A stretch of 64,000 nucleotides of DNA. Source: Phoronis australis. Taxonomy: Eukaryota > Animalia > Phoronida. The position numbers and the translations under genes were made by a program. Shown here in pieces: positions 26,386 to 39,500 of the stretch; the stretch's first letter is position 1; every line of letters starts with the position of its first letter. The stretch covers positions 78,590 through 142,589 of the forward strand of contig NMRA01000531.1 of the NCBI GenBank assembly GCA_002633005.1. Reading direction: 5' to 3'. The notes under the pieces are model-generated. The model was given only the letters and a program-made list of their open reading frames with translations, was not told the origin of the DNA and searched no databases.

Positions 26386-27101
26386 CTGATTTTGGAATAC
26401 TGGAAATTCAAAGTAGTGAATTTTAGAAGATAACGAACCTTCGGAGTAATGGGCATTCGGAGTACGGCACCTTCGGAGTATTGAACCTTCGTCATAGTGA
26501 CATGGAATCTTGGAAATCTTTTCCATCAAGTTTGTAGCTCGTATGAAGTCTGCAGGGTTGTGCACCAATGCCATCGATTGACTAGAGATTTTCATTGACC
26601 AAAGTTGAGGTCTACGCCTACTTTTCCATCATAACGTGAATATGCTCAACGGTGTGTTCTCAGTGCAAGAAAACACGGTAGTTGAATGTCTGGTTTTTTA
26701 GCACGACGGAGGACTGCCTATAATGAACTTACCGGCAGCGTGTACTGAATTTAAAGGAACAGAAACTTTCAAACGTGTACAGGCATTCATATTAATCCAC
26801 CAATTCACAATCAAAGTGGACACTGGATGAACAACATATTTGGATTTTTGACGATCACCTTCAACTCAAAATTTGAAAATGCCTACCCCTCTACCGTACT
26901 GTGCTTGCAATTAAAACCAAAATAGCAGAATAACAAATCTCAAATTTCTACTGTTTTGTTTCTTGGACGAGTTTAAGGCATTTACACCGCACTATTTTTT
27001 GGGAACTCTCTCAATGCTATTTACAAAATATGTAGCTTACTATGGTCGTAGGGTTAGACTTTTATGCTTAGGTATAGACATTCACATTTCGACTCACTTG
27101 T

Positions 27102-29844
27102 CAGTGGCGGATCTACGGGGGGGGTTCAAGGGGTTTAAGCCTTCCCTCGGCCAGGACTCAAAAATTAGAAAAAAAAAAACAAAACAAAAACGTCTCCAGC
27201 AAAACAAAAACGGCACCGCCAGCGTGTGTAAACCCCAAGTAAAACAACTTGGAAAAAATGGGGGGGAGGGTTCACTCTGAAAATAATTTTTTTTTGCATT
27301 GTGAATTGCTGTTATGAAAATCAACGCGTTTCGAGTCTTCGTGGCTCGTCGGCAAAACCCCGGAGATCAATTGTGCGCGCGCTTCCGACGACACTTCTGA
27401 AGTAGCCAAGCATTTTAGATGGATCCACCGCTGAAAGAGCAGCACTAAAGCTGATTTCTTTAGATAACTAGTTTCTTTATTCTAAGATATGTTTTGATTT
27501 GATTAGGGGAAATACTGTGGTGCCGCAATCCTGATATTCAGGCGAATTGACGTGCAACCTTTTTTACCTCATCTACAATGCCATGTCATCCTATTACACC
27601 CCACATGTTTGTAACTCGAATTTGACTGACGTATATAGTAAAGTTGTCTTGCGCAATATGATACAGTGTACATGTACATGTAATACTTGAAAAAAACTCG
27701 TTTTCCGAAGAATTGCTTTTGTGGCCTGCGCCGTGGTCTGGTCGCGAGTCTGTTTGAAGATGCACTCTAACAACTTATGTCTATACAAGGAATGACCAAG
27801 GGGGCACTCACATTGACAAAGTGACCGCATTCTCGAACAGTGTACAGTACCAGAAATTGCGGGGAGTCTATATTTTCACAACAAAGTCTTGCGGGAGTCG
27901 TGCGATGTTCAACGGGCCTCCTAAGGAGCCCTAGTGCCGACGTCAACACTTACCGTCTTTCTACCTGCAATAAGCACCACTGCCGTTTTATATACTGGGA
28001 ATTTCCGCACCCGAAGAAACGCTCAGGCCCATGGGCATTTATTTGATGTTAGTACTTCGGGTTTCAAGCGTTCAGACATTGGGACGTTTATTTCGAAAAT
28101 TGCAAGAGATGCAAATGGGTCCTGGGATACATTGTCAAGGTTTGAAGTAGTCCATGATGAACGGATCAAATTTAGTTGCGCATGCTGTAAGTCTTTTGAA
28201 TGGACTTGGTTATCTCAGGGGGCTTAGTGCCAACTGAGCTGCGAAACGAGATGCTGACAAAGTAACAGGCGTACAAGCTCATTGACACAGCAGTTGACGA
28301 AGTGCAAGCGTTGGGAACAAACGAACAGACGTCGAAGATGTCTGGGTAGAATGGTTCCAAGAGCAGCAAACCATTGGATCCGATGTACAGATTCCTCGGC
28401 AGTCTAGACAACAGAAAGATAGGACCAACGTTCCCGGAGAAACACCCAGGTAATAAGTTAAAATTATACGCAGTTTGTAATAATGTCGGTTTTTTTATGC
28501 TTGTGTACAATGAAAACGAAATAGAAATTATTTTTGGACATGCCAAATTTATCCAGTACAGCAGAGGATCTACGAGCGCACAGAAACTGATTCTGGTTTG
28601 TATTTCCACTTGAGTCTATCTGCTTCATATCCAAAATCTTAATTCACGTAGTGCAAAGTTAAATCTGTACTCAATACTTGTTTCTTCCAGTGAGAACTAC
28701 AGAACGGTGCGAAAACCCTTCCTAGACAACCTCTCGCAGCAGTTGACCACCAGATGTATGAACTACACGTATGAGCATCCACTGAGGATTAAAAAGTGTC
28801 TAGAGAGAAGTTTTCAATTCAAAATTTTTTGCAAAGTACGCTTTAGGTCTCGCGACGGACCAGGCCAGCTTGATTTGTGTAGATATCGAGTTTCAGTGTA
28901 CTTCTGGTCCCTCGACGAACTAGACTTGTGATGTTTTTTACCAAAGTGTGCTTTGTAAAACTATTTATCTCAGCCAGTACTGTTGGGTCCCGCGACAGAT
29001 CGACTATTTTTATAGGGATAACAACCACAGGTGTACTTTTGGTCTCGTGACGGACCAGGCCAGAGTTTTTGGGTACTCTCAGTGTACATCTGGTCCCTCT
29101 GCGAACTGCTCCTGTATATCTTTTCACCACGGTGTAGGCCTATAGATTGTTTTGGTTTCGTGAAACTGTTTTCAGATGATTTGTTTCCTGATACATTTGA
29201 CGTTTTTCAACTGTTGTCAACGTGATTCAGCTTAATAAAGTGATACTTAATTGTTTTTGTCGCTTTTAATAATAGACTATGAGCTGAGAGCACCATCGTT
29301 CGCCAGTTTTTCTCATAACGAGACGGAACACATGTTTATTTCCGGACTAACAGTACAGGTCTTGTTCGTTCTTAAACAGCTTGAGGCTGTTGCGATCATC
29401 TGATATTCAAGTTTTTACGCCTCGTCGGTGCTCCTTGTGCTCTTGAATATTTGGTAGTTGTCTAAACCCCTGTATACACACCACACTTTTTGGTATGCTA
29501 AAAAGATGCGTGTAAGCAGATGTTCCAACAAAAAATTTTGCTGGTGGTGTGACTCATACCCAGATGTACACAAATATGGTTTCACGAAACTTATGAGCCA
29601 AGTTCATGTAACGAAATCGAGAAGGGCTTTTAATTATCTTAAGAAAAACTCCAGGGACATGTTAAGTGCCAGAAACGTACCAGGATGCATGGAAATTTCA
29701 CTGTTTGGCTACAAAAGCAAAAAGTTATCTTACACGGGAGGGGGATTACCCCCCTCCCGACCCCCCGCTCGGCGCCACGCGCCTCGGATTCGATTTTTGC
29801 GGGAATCCTAACCCCCCCTTACTGAAAACGTAGATCCGCCACTG
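27102..29844 (+). mobile_element. internally deleted hAT transposon with THAP12/PRKRIR-like transposase remnant
   Basis: TIRs CAGTGGCGGATCTACG...CGTAGATCCGCCACTG. 27990-28450 reads across frameshifts FRTR..., LSRFE, LGYLRGLS, AYKLID, WVEWF, IPRQSRQQKDRTNVPGETP followed by gtaata. Empty site in the homologous segment at ~35030. Confidence 0.75.
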
Positions 29845-30963
29845 CTTTGTTACCCTTTGATGTAGCCACCACGCGCGTGGTTTATGAATACCATAAAGCC
29901 TCCTCTTATCATATGCACGATCCTGTCATCTACACAAACAGCGGCATGCACACAGGCGAAGTTTGCCGAGTACTATCCGATGACACGTGAAGCGCTTTGA
30001 ATCGGGCAAATTCAAAATTATTACTAACTTAGTTACATGCATCATTGTAGTTAGTACCACCAGTAGCTGCAACGATTTTGTTTAACGAATGCTGGGGTTG
30101 GACCTTTTCGACGGGGGAGGGGGTTCGCGTGGACTTGTGAGGTCGCTGCGACACCACTAGATTTGTCTGGCAGTATTTATTCTTGATACGTGGGCTTACG
30201 GCGAATATTTTGCAACTGATTTCATGCGGTTAGTCTTGGGTTGATCTAGCTCAACTCAGGTCTTTGGGCGTGTCAGGAGGGGATAACCCACCACTAGATT
30301 TGTCTGGCAGTGTTTATTCGTGATACCTGGGCTTACGGTGAATATTTTGCAACTGGTTTTAGCGGTTACCTCCTGGGTTGATCTAGCTNTGATCTAGCTC
30401 AACTCAGGTCTTTGTGCGTGTCTGGAGGGGATAACCCACCACTAGATTTGTCTGGCAGTGTTTATTCGTGATACCTGGGCTTACGGTGAATATTTTGCAA
30501 CTGGTTTTAGCGGTTACCTCCTGGGTTGATCTAGCTCAGTTTTTAACCCTTTTTGATAATCGTCTGGCAGGGGCAACCCACCACTGAAAATGTCTGGCAT
30601 CTAACACTTGTGTCATGTACAGTGATGCTGAACATCGTGCAATAGGTTTCAAACGGTTACCTGGTGGGTTGATCTAGCTCAACTTGGGTATTTGGGCGTG
30701 TCTGGCGGGGCTAATCCACTACTAGATTTGTCTGTCAGTGTTCATTCGTGATACTTGGGCTCACGGTGAATATTTTGAAACTGGTTTCACGCGGTTACCT
30801 CTTGGATTGATCTAGCTCAATTTTTGCACCTTGTTTGTAACCGTCTGGCTGATACTCCCCACCACTGAAATTGTCTTCCAGTGACCAATTTTGATGCGGT
30901 GGATTACGTAGGAGGTATCCAAGGCGGTTTGAAGTAGTTACCAGAAAAGTTGATCTAGCTCAA

Positions 30964-31712
30964 TTTTTTTTTTTCAGAGATATTTATTAACTCAACCAAC
31001 CAGTACATAGTTGTGCGACAATATGACATCTAGTTTAGTGTACATCAAACAAATTACGAACATTATCGGACCCTACAAAAGCTAGTTAGGCAAAAAAAAG
31101 ACCACCTTGCCTGTAATCTCTCAAGATCCAATTTATCATTGTAAATAATTTTTTCCAGGTTGTAGTAATCACGTACCTCACGTAAAAATGACTGAAAATT
31201 GGGCTTAGTCTTTTGTAATCTTTGTCTATATAAATGGAATTTCGCTAAGCAAAGAATTAAATTTACAGCTTCTAATCTACAGGCTGGGTCTCCAAACAAG
31301 GCGGAAGACATATTTAACTGCAGAGGGAAATTGCACTGATTTATCATCCATGTTCTTAAACATCCCCAAAACTTCTGAACAAGTGAACATTCCCAATACA
31401 AATGTAGAATTGTTTCTTCATGTTGCTCACAGAAAGAACATAANGAGTCATTTTCTTTCGCTGCATATAAATTTGCATAGAATTTTTCGATTGCACGCAG
31501 TATAGCTTTTTGGTTCATCAAGCTTCGTCCAGTCTCGTCTATAAGTTTGTGGACATTCTTGTTCACGTAATTGCGTTTTTCTAAGTTACTAAAATATTTG
31601 GACGGTTTTTCACCATCCTCGATCCATTTTGCCCGAGATCTCAGCATCATGCCTTTCACTTTGTCCTTTCTAATATATTCGTAATCTTTCTGTAAATCTG
31701 AATAAAAAAAAA
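30964..31712 (-). mobile_element. 5'-truncated L1/Tx1-clade LINE inserted in the right foldback arm (middle probably collapsed at the n at 31444)
   Basis: RSRAKWIEDGEKPSKYFSNLEK (pre-RT linker) and CSFCEQHEETILHLYWEC..VQKFW (zf-RVT CCHC); poly(A) tail as a T-run at 30964; 28-bp+ duplication agttaccagaaaagttgatctagctcaa on both sides. Confidence 0.88.
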
Positions 31713-34700
31713 AGTTACCAGAAAAGTTGATCTAGCTCAATTTTTGAGTGTCATTCTCTTGGCTCCCCCGACCACACCCACCAAAGCGAACCTGCCAGAC
31801 GGCCATTTCCAAACATTAGGATACCCACAGAGCACTGTGGCACCAAAGAAAATTGGTTACCTTTTCATGCCCAAAAAAGCTCTGGGATCCCGGTCTATAA
31901 ACAAAAAAAAAACGGGAACGTGTGTTTCCGCGTCTCAGCCACTCCCCCCCCCTCGAGTGTAGGACAGTTCATGCAACAGTTCTTAAACAAAATTCTTATA
32001 GGGACTTCCCTAACTAGTTTGGGAACTTGGTCAAGTCCCTAATTAGGGACTGTTTCATGCAACCAGGCACTGGCATATGTAGCCAGCCAGCTAGTTGTAA
32101 GAAGACTGTCGTCAAAATATATATTTATATACAGCTTTGTACCAAGGCTATGGTATATATAAATAACAACGAATAACTGCAGGTAGAACAGATCAGTGAC
32201 CTCGGTTTGATACCGTGCGATCGCCGCTATACTTGAACTTTTGATACGCACCCTACACAGTCGTACCTATATTTACTCGTGCTGTCCCAGGAAATCGTTA
32301 CAAACTACCGGCGGGGTGTTCAACATGAGGACATGCTAAAGGAAGACACCATAGCTGAGAAGTAAGACAAGGTTATACCACTGATTGAATAAGGTAATTT
32401 TTCACTAATTACGCCCAAAGCTAATTGCCATTGTCATTTTTTTCAACGGCTGAAGGCGTAGCTGCAATTAATGAAGAGTTTGCCTAACGCAGCTATTGGG
32501 TAAACCCAATGACAGTACAAAGGTGCGAACTATACTTAAACATTTTGTAATATTTAATTTTGTTGAAAATTTTGACAAAGGCACAGTTCCATTGTCGGTC
32601 ATATTGTGTGCTAAAAGGTGTGAAAAATTACCTCTGTAACCACGTCAGCGACACTTCGTTCTGTCATTATCCGAATGTCTGAGTAACACTCGCAATATAA
32701 GGTCCTACCTAGTGTTAGGGAAGGTCTTCTGTGTTCATAGCCTAGGCGATGTATATAACCAACTTGAGTAATGATAACAGCATTATTTTGCGGACTTGGC
32801 CAAGATAAGTTTGTTCCTTTATCGTGGGTTATCCCTGACGGAATCGTGCAGTTATCTGCTAGTCAGTAAACCCGTTTATGTTGGAAACCCAGTGTCAGGG
32901 ATACCCGGAGAATGCAGGGCAAACCAACGGACGGCGGTTCTCCAAAATCAATGCAACGGTGACCAGTTAGTCCTTGAATTGTTTCATTTCAAACAAAATA
33001 ACGTTATGACCGATGAAACTGAGTTTAATGTGATTAAAAGATGAACACTACCACACGACCGTGGATGCAGTTCGTTAGCTATATGCAATGCAGCAAAAAA
33101 TCAATTTCATCCCATAATTTATTAATTTAGTTCAATAACTCAACATCGACAAATGACATCAGTGCCTGCCTGTTTTTTAGGTTATCATACTCGAGAAATG
33201 ACTTGCACTTGCATCATTTTACCTGGTCTTGCATATCTCGCAGGAAACTTTGTTTTCGGAATCCAGGTATGTACCTTCAAGTCGAATTATCTGTACGACG
33301 ACATAGATTTCAGGATCTTTCGAACAAAATCAGTGAAGATTCACCGATATTTTTATTATGTCGTTTGCTATAATCCGCCAAATGAAAAGTAGGTCACAAT
33401 TGCCCGTGGGTCTCCTCGAGTAAAGTAGGTCGAGTCTATAGCACTGTTTACGCTTTTCTAATCTTCGAACGAAATATTTCGATTTAAAAAAACTCAGGTT
33501 TATAGGTCAAGTACACACTCATTTTGTCCAAGGCAAGCAGTTAGCTCCGGTAAGTCTAGGGCTGTGTCGGTTCAAGTCAAATTAATGCCCGCAATTGCAC
33601 CATTAAGACATTTAAATTAGGCTTACCTTCTGACGAACTTCACATTTTTGTAGTTTCACTGCATAAAGGTAGCTTGCAGTTATTTTGAAATGTAGTATGA
33701 TCATCAAACTGTGGTATAGTGAAGTGGCAAAAATGGCTATTTACAAAAGTAACTCAAATTCCTTTTTTAAAGCGTCATAAATATATATGTCATGTTTTAA
33801 CAACTTCAAAATAAGCTCTCTGTAACTCTACTGGCAAAGTGTATACTAGAGGTTCTCATTACAAAGTAATTCAACTTTTTATTTTTTCGTGACAAAAGGT
33901 TGAATAAGGCTTTGAGTTCAGTAATGCAGTCCCCTCCATGTGCTGATCGAATCTCTCAATTTTCGAAAAAGTTCAGTTGAACGCCAGCTTACGGGTATAT
34001 GAATGACAAGAAATGTACCTCTGCTACGAAACAAAACGATGTCTGTAGGTCGAAATAACTGAAAAATAGTACAAAAAACAACAATTTCCAGGACTATCGC
34101 TGGACTATAGTGCAGGTGTCAAGAAAAAGGCAGCCAGACGAGTGAAACTTCTGAGTCAAAATCAGATAAGCTTACACAAAAGCCACCAAACTGAATTAGT
34201 GTGTATCTTGGAACAAGTATGTTTGTGTTTAACCTTCGAGTAATCAAGTAACATTGCAAAGTTCACTGCTCCTGTACGTTGCTGTTCACACAGTTTGATC
34301 ATAGTTTAAGCCTTTCGACATCATTTTTTCGGCTTAGGAAATGCCAAAGAAATGACGGGATATTCTTCTAGAGCTACATGATAGCTGTCAGAATTAACAC
34401 GCCATATCAACACCGTATCACCATTTTTAATGCACAATTTCTTGAGCTATAGACTAAAATAAGTTTTACACGACAACGTATTGTTTGTCGGTAAAATGGT
34501 GGCTTGGAAACGCAGAAGGTGTCCAAGACTGCTGCGTTCTGATTGGTCAGTTAATCTGCCAGTCGTAACCCTAGTGATAGGTCAATCGTGATGTCAATGT
34601 CAACTAAGTACAAAAAGTCTAACACAGAAGTAAACTTTTTCTATGAAGTAGACAGTCCAAGTGACATGTCTTTGTAAAGTCAGTCACATTTTTATGTCTT

Positions 34701-35357
34701 GAAAGCAAAGTCTACGTTTTCCCTCTAGCCCCGTAGCCAGGGGGGGTTTGATCGAACCCCCCCTCCCCCCGCGGAAAAGGTCCAGCCCGACCTATCCGTT
34801 AAAGATGGGTAATAGATAGACAACAACAAAATTGTTACAGTTACTGGTACTGCTAACTACAATGATAACTAAGTCACTAATAATTTTGAATTTAGTTCAC
34901 GTAATTATCAGGCCGTACCCGGTCAACTTCGCCCGATTGGTGTTTGATGCTCAGGATCGTACAGACGATTAGAGGAGGCTTTATGTTATTCATTGGTATT
35001 GAACGCGCATGGTGGCTACAACATAGAGTAACACGGGAGTCAAGAAGTAAATGTCTATACCTAAATAGGCTATATAGCAGCGAGAGAGTTCCCAAAAGGT
35101 AGTTCCGTGTGAACGTCTTAAAATCGACCAAGAAACAATATAGCGAAAAGTAGCTTTATCTGCTATTTTGATAGTGGCAGAGTACGGTAAAGTGCAGACA
35201 TATACAAATTTCCGGCCACTTTGGTTGTGGATTGGTGGATCACATGCATGCGTAAACACATACGTGCATTTCCATTCTTTTAAATTCAGTACACGCCTAT
35301 AATTAAATTCACTATAGGCAGTCCTCCGTCGTTGCTAACAAATCAGACATTTAACTA

Positions 35358-35497
35358 CATGGGCGGCGCACCATAGGGGGTTGGGGGGACTATAGTCCCC
35401 ACTTTCTTCAGTGCTGCGCCGCCCATGGACTATGCTGGGGTGGCGGTGCACCACAGGGGGATATAGGCCACACTTTTGTCAGTGCTGCACCCACATG
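35358..35497. mobile_element. CA..TG hAT-type MITE with 5-bp TSD (AACTA)
   Basis: AACTA|CATGGGCGGCGCACC...CACCCACATG|AACTA; empty site cagacattcaactaccgt in the inverted homologue near 26680. Confidence 0.85.
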
Positions 35498-36461
35498 AAC
35501 TACCGTATTTTCTTGCACTATGAAAACCCCGATGAACATGTTCATATTATTAGGGAAAAGTAGGTCTAGACCTAATATAAACTTTGGTCAATGAAGAAAG
35601 TCTCTCTTGTCAATCAGTGCGTCATACGAGCAAAAACTTGACGGAAAAGGTTATCAAGGTTACATGTCACTATTCCGAATGTTCATCACTCCAAAAGTCG
35701 CCTACTCCGAAGTTATTGAGAAGGTTCGCAACCTTCGAAAGTTCACTCTACTTCGAATGTCCACAATTCCGAAACCAAAACTCCGACAGTTCATTACTCT
35801 GCCTTGTCTGCTAACTAGTCGGAACTGACATGACAAAAGTATTGTATTTGTGCCCATTTAGTAACTATTTAAAGGGCGTACAAAGTTGAATAGTTCTTAA
35901 AAAATTGATTACATTGTTTACAAATGAGCTCAGTTCCAATCTCTGCCAATAGTGAATCTTCAATATGACTAACAACTCATTCAGTCTGAAGCAGGGACAA
36001 CATCAGGTCAAGACTTCAGCAACCAATAGCGGCGATTTTAAATTTAAGACGACTGAATGGGACTCTCCGACTTCGTGAAGACTGGCAGGGACTGGTAGCC
36101 TACTAACTACATTTAGTTTTGACCCGGCCATGAGCGTGGTTCCGATGGGTGAGTTTAAGGGCAGCAGCCCTAAACTAGCTCAGTCACGCTGTGAAATGAT
36201 GCAACCTTGCATGAATTTGATGAATGTATCGTGGTTGATAATTAATCAATATTCCTACTTCTTAATCTTTTAAAAATCCCATTACGTACTCATTTTTCGT
36301 ATTCAAAAGACATGCGGGCAATTTCCCATGCGCACGAAATCCGTGCGTTGTTTAAGCATAGGTACACCACCTTGTGCATCTAATAACCAAAGTGTTGTTT
36401 ATTTCTGCAGGTAAAGGGGATGCCTGATACACCCAAGTCCGAAATTTTAGATCTTTTCGCA

Positions 36462-36545
36462 GTAGTGAACCTTCAGAATAGTGAACCTTCGGAATAGTGA
36501 ACCTTCGGAATAGTGAACCTTCAGAGTAGTGAACCTTTGAAATAC
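36462..36545. repeat. 16-bp minisatellite (tagtgaaccttcggaa) x5
   Basis: Direct reading; degenerate versions at ~26410-26500 and ~35670-35770. Confidence 0.85.
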
Positions 36546-39500
36546 TGGGCTGTTCCCATTTCCAGCGATGTAAGCAAAGTTAAGTAACACGCAAAATACA
36601 ACCAGATCAAAATATTCAAGTCAATCATGCTTCGATTAAATATTTCCGACCGAATATGTATGAGGTGTAATCACTCATTTAAGCACCCCCGGTTTGAAAG
36701 TTTGGCAGGGGGTAAAGCGGGATCATTCTCTTTCTGGACCACATTACATCCGAATTTGGGTCCCGTTCGAATTCCGTCTATCAGTTGGGAACATAGAGCT
36801 GAGAGTCGTCGTTGTGTATATAGGTTTCCCTCCCCCTAGTGAAACTGCGTCAAGGGCCTTACCGAAAACTCTAAAGTGTCGACGTTTGTAAGATATCAAA
36901 GGTCCACCGTACCAGAAATTCGAACCAACCCCGGCGCAATGCTGGCTGTGGGCCTGCCCTCAGTCTGAAAGTGTAATGTCTTGCACAGCATTCTTTTTGT
37001 CTGAATTTGATGTTCTGAAGCTGGTACAACATATTGAACTTCTGCACTACCAGAACTCTTGTAAAAACTGCACAATATGCCAGTCCTCCTCAGGCCTTTA
37101 TCCAGGATTTCGAAAATAGGGTGCCACTTTATAATGACCCTTATGGTTGTCATATGCTACCACCTTTTGAAAGAACAGAAAACCACACAGAAAAAGACCA
37201 AGAAAAAAGTGGAAAGTGGTTTACAGCAATTCTACTTCAACCACAAACTATTTTATTAGTACGATATCGATTTTTAAATCGATTAAAATTGATTTAGAGT
37301 TTCAGTTCTGGAAAATAAATCGCAATTGTTTTATCCCAGATAGACCTTACTTATTTTGTATTTGTGACCTCTTTATTTGACTTTTTGCTCTTGTTGTTCT
37401 TAACACCACTTATCTCTGCTGTCTTTCTTTTTCTTTTCAGTTTCTCTTCATTCTCTGTTAACACCTTGTTAGCCAAAACAGAACTGTAACCCTTTGAGAC
37501 TTTAGTCGGCGCAAGTTGATCATTGAACCTCGATACAATTGTTCTAATAAATTACCCAATATCGTATTGTTTGATTTTTTCTCACCTGTAACAGGCTTCT
37601 GAAATCATAAATAAATAAATACCCAAGTTGCATTTGCATTTTATTGCTCAATCTCTTCTTTATTTTTGATTATGTCATGCTCTGTTGTATGCAACAATGC
37701 AATAGTGAAATAAAGTCAATGTTTTACTTTATTGGTGGCCATTCTCTATCAATACAAGTATTTTAATTTTCTTCAAATAAAGTCAAAATGCTTTAACCAA
37801 AAATTTCAACATATATGTTGAGATCAGTACTTTGTTTTGCAATAAAAAAACAAGTTTACAATATTTTGATGACAAAGGCGTGGGCCGAAACTGTTAAGCA
37901 CCCAGCGTGTTCCATTTGTCTGCTGCGTTTTTCCTTTGGCCTAACAGGTGTCGGTTAGTACCTGGGACAAACAGATACATTGCATAAACAATCCCTGAGT
38001 TGTTTTTTGTTCCGTCTGAAGAAAATTTAATTTCGAAAATATCTTCTGAAAATGAACAAAAAAGTGCATTAGTGAAATCTACAAGTTTTTAAGTGGTCTC
38101 AAAAAACAGTCGGTAAATGCATTAATTTTAGTCTCAGTTCTTCCATGCGTGTTTCTCCCGAGAGGTTAGTACCTAACGCGCAGATGAGCACTCCAAATTG
38201 GAACGCTAAGTCCCGCGTGGCTGCGCTACATGCGAAAGAAGATGGCGGACGACCTTTGGAGCCTGACGACTATACATTGTATATGTCTTCCTGCTTTGAA
38301 AAAAGAGCCACCACTGTGAGTCTTCATAGGCTTCCTAGTAATCATTACAATGTGTGTGTCCAAACTTGAAAGGTTCCTATTGATAGTGGGCTTCCAAATG
38401 ATACATTGGGCATCATTGCCAGGGTATCCATATTAGTGCTAGGGCGTCCAAGGACGTACGCTGCATAAAGGCCTGGTCCTCCTTATGAAATAATGAATGC
38501 AAATTAGGTAGGGTAAACAGAACAATTCACATGTGTTTTCCATCTACGGGAGTGTTAGGCCTGTTGATGACAACCAATATTTCTAAAAAGATATCAATTG
38601 AATTATCAAACGCTTGCAACTATGGAATTCCCATAATTTTCAGGATTGTCACAAACGCATTCTTCCAGATGAAAACCATCTATTCATTTGTATTGCCGAT
38701 GTCTGACGTTTTCAGCAAAAATTCGGTTCACCGTTCGTGACACGGATATTTGCGATTCGTTGACCGAGCTCGGCAATATCACCACCATACGGCCCTGGAT
38801 TATCTGTCGTATCTGCATCTGAGTCAACGTCAGAATCCGAAACATCTCTATGTTTTTAAAATAATCCTTAGGCTTAGCGGTGCTTCGCTTTCGCGCGCGG
38901 CAGACAACATTTCTAAGTATGTAGAATGCGCATGTCAATCGGTAACAGAAGCCAGGATAGAATTAACTAAAGTAAGGACCAAGCTAGGTAAACAAGACTC
39001 TGCGAGATTATGCGAGATATTACCGCTTGATTTCAATGAGAGCGCGTGATTTTGGCTGCAATTTCTCAGCGAGAGACATATATTTTGAACTTTACTCAAT
39101 GACGTCACCCGCTATCCCAAATCTTGGAATACTCCCCCAAAACCACAAACTTCATGCACGGCCACTATCGAATTTGAGCGAACGGCTTGGCAGATTTTTA
39201 GAGGGAGTATGCGCCACAGATATAATGTTCATGCTGCCAACGAAACTCCTTATACGGCAACGAGATGAACTCGTTCAATCTCAATGGGCTGGTGGCACCA
39301 AAAGTAACCAATAATATTCATCTAAGTGAGAAATACACAACAACCAATGAGAGCCATCCAAAGCAGTTTCATGCAAATGTGTTTGAGATTGGTATCGGTT
39401 AAGTCTGTGTCGTGGGGCCCACGGACTATGGAAAAATGTGCTACGAAAACCAAAATTCTGGCCTCCCAGAAGACAACCGTTGCGTAAACTGCTGCGCAAT

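Larger units (their letters stand above)
21792..31897. mobile_element. 10.1-kb foldback-type DNA element (PIF/Harbinger-like TAA TSD) with ~1-kb modular inverted arms
   Basis: TAA|TAGACCGGGATCCCAGAGC ... GCTCTGGGATCCCGGTCTA|TAA. Left arm ~21792-22790; right arm ~30150-30963 plus 31713-31897. Both are built of ~140-bp subrepeats (ttgagctagatcaac). The empty target ggactaaaaaaaacgg is seen in the related MITE at 10660-10902. Confidence 0.85.
34750..36960. repeat. 2.2-kb segment whose diverged inverted copy forms the interior of the foldback element
   Basis: By-eye reverse-complement matches: 36840-36960 to 22840-22950, 36530-36720 to 22970-23160, 35040-36340 to 25660-27100, and 34750-35030 to 29845-30130. 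Confidence 0.75.

Noticed and set aside
31063-31659. 198-aa ORF fusing the L1 linker directly to the zf-RVT domain
   Set aside because: The fusion point is the single n at 31444, so the RT is probably missing through assembly collapse rather than being a novel protein.
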